From: Haloferax volcanii DS2
GTDB taxonomy: Archaea; Halobacteriota; Halobacteria; Halobacteriales; Haloferacaceae
Direction: 5' to 3'
DNA: 32,000 nt
Assembly (NCBI RefSeq): GCF_000025685.1
Contig: NC_013967.1
Location: forward strand, 1,320,001-1,352,000
Shown in pieces: positions 31,054-32,000 of this stretch (position 1 is its first letter; each line of letters starts with the position of its first letter). Made by a program: the position numbers and the translations under genes. A model generated the notes under the pieces. The model saw only the letters and a list, made by a program, of their open reading frames with translations, was not told the DNA's origin and did no database searches.

Positions 31054-31154
31054 GGGGTGACGTGGCGCGCCGGGCGGCAGAAAGGTTACGACTTGGACGG
31101 CCGCCGGCCCGCCCCTTCGAAAGCGTCATCCCCGCCGACCGGTAGCACTCGGAT

Positions 31155-31442
31155 ATGTCGCTCATCGAGTCGCTGCCCGCTCGCCCGCTCGAACCGCAGG
31201 AACTCACGTCTTTGAACCGCGCCGACGCGTTCGAACTCGTCGTCGCCGTCGAGGACGACGGCCCCGCCCGCAGTCTGCTCGTCGCCACCGAGGGGTGGGT
31301 CAAGGCTATCGCCCACGAGGACGACGCCGGCTGGTCGGTCGTCGAGACGGTCGCACTCGACGACGAGACCGAGCGAATCGACGGCCTGCAAGCGTGCGAG
31401 GAAGCCATTCTGTCGTTCCGAGACGACGGGAACGAGGAGTAG
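31155..31442 (+). CDS. uncharacterised small acidic protein (95 aa)
   Basis: Acidic, protein-like composition, whereas the opposing ORFs are Arg/Pro/Ser-rich artefacts. Confidence 0.55.
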   Translation: MSLIESLPARPLEPQELTSLNRADAFELVVAVEDDGPARSLLVATEGWVKAIAHEDDAGWSVVETVALDDETERIDGLQACEEAILSFRDDGNEE

Positions 31443-31476
31443 TGTTAACCCCGTTCCGAACTAAGTATAATTCGTC

Positions 31477-31968
31477 ATGTACCGCGAAATCCTCGTCCCG
31501 ACCGACGGCAGCAAGGCCGCCGAACGCGCCATCGACCACGCGCTCGACCTCGCAGAGACCTACGACGCGCGGATTCACGCGCTGTACGTCGTCGATACCA
31601 GCATCTACACCTCGCTCGACGCCGGTGCGGACGTGGTCATCGACGCCCTCGAACGGGAGGGCGACGCCGCGACCCGACACGTCCGCGAAGCCGCCGAGGA
31701 AGCCGGCATCGACGTGCAGGCGGAGGTCGTCACCGGAACCGCCTACCGCTCCATCCGGGAGTACATCGACGGCCACGACATCGACCTCGTCGTCATGGGT
31801 ACCCACGGGCGCACGGGCCTGAGCCACTACCTGCTCGGGAGCGTCACCGAGCGCGTCGTCCGCACCTCGCCGGTGCCGGTGCTCACCATCCGACTGGACG
31901 ACGACGAAGAAAACGAGGCGGACGCCGCGGACGAAGCGACGGACGCGGACGCCGACGCCGAGGAGTAG
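31477..31968 (+). CDS. uspA: universal stress protein (UspA family) with an acidic C-terminal tail
   Basis: MYREILVPTDGS...DLVVMGTHGRTGLSHYLLGSVTERVVRTSPVPVLT is the canonical Usp ATP-binding motif G-2x-G-9x-G(S/T). Confidence 0.88.
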   Translation: MYREILVPTDGSKAAERAIDHALDLAETYDARIHALYVVDTSIYTSLDAGADVVIDALEREGDAATRHVREAAEEAGIDVQAEVVTGTAYRSIREYIDGHDIDLVVMGTHGRTGLSHYLLGSVTERVVRTSPVPVLTIRLDDDEENEADAADEATDADADAEE

Positions 31969-32000
31969 GCCGACAGTTTCGGGGAGTCAAGACACAGCCT

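Noticed and set aside
1-32000. Search for a mobile element, prophage, defence island or horizontally acquired segment (integrase, transposase, terminal inverted repeats, AT-rich compositional break).
   Set aside because: No such genes or boundaries are visible. Composition is uniformly GC-rich except for short promoter-sized AT patches, and gene content is housekeeping or core.

Overview
This is a high-GC window whose real reading frames encode acidic proteins. It also has Tat/lipobox lipoproteins, a TFB gene and TATA-like boxes about 25-30 nt upstream of many ATGs. This fits a chromosomal core region of a haloarchaeon (class Halobacteria); from memory the gene order resembles the Haloferax men/tfb region, which I could not check. 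I call 36 protein-coding genes, two of them microproteins below the ORF-track cutoff. I see no rRNA, tRNA, CRISPR array, transposase, integrase or obvious foreign island. Contents in order: (1) an acyl-CoA/C5 metabolism neighbourhood with a carboxyltransferase 3' end, a MaoC hydratase and two diverged glutamate dehydrogenases bracketing a CitE-like lyase; (2) pyrB-pyrI; (3) a PAS histidine kinase with an apparently degenerate receiver domain; (4) an uncharacterised CxCxxC protein flanked by two microprotein ORFs, plus ThuA; (5) a fragmented menaquinone cluster (menF-menD / three unknown membrane proteins / menB / binding-protein + flavoprotein operon / menA-menC / crotonase paralogue); (6) a Mo-oxidoreductase, an RHH protein, UPF0058 and a rhomboid protease with a large C-terminal domain; (7) a METTL5-like methyltransferase coupled to an unknown gene; (8) a secreted SNase-LTD nuclease divergent from tfb; (9) a GT-C-like membrane protein, a small acidic protein and UspA. 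I found no clear-cut new multi-gene system such as a defence island. The best leads are an IdeR/DtxR-like iron box on the promoter of an orphan binding-protein/flavoprotein operon inside the men cluster, the unknown membrane-protein trio and crotonase paralogue that sit where missing men steps could be, and two intergenic 21-22 bp minisatellites. The many long R/P/G-rich ORFs in the track are antisense or off-frame GC artefacts.
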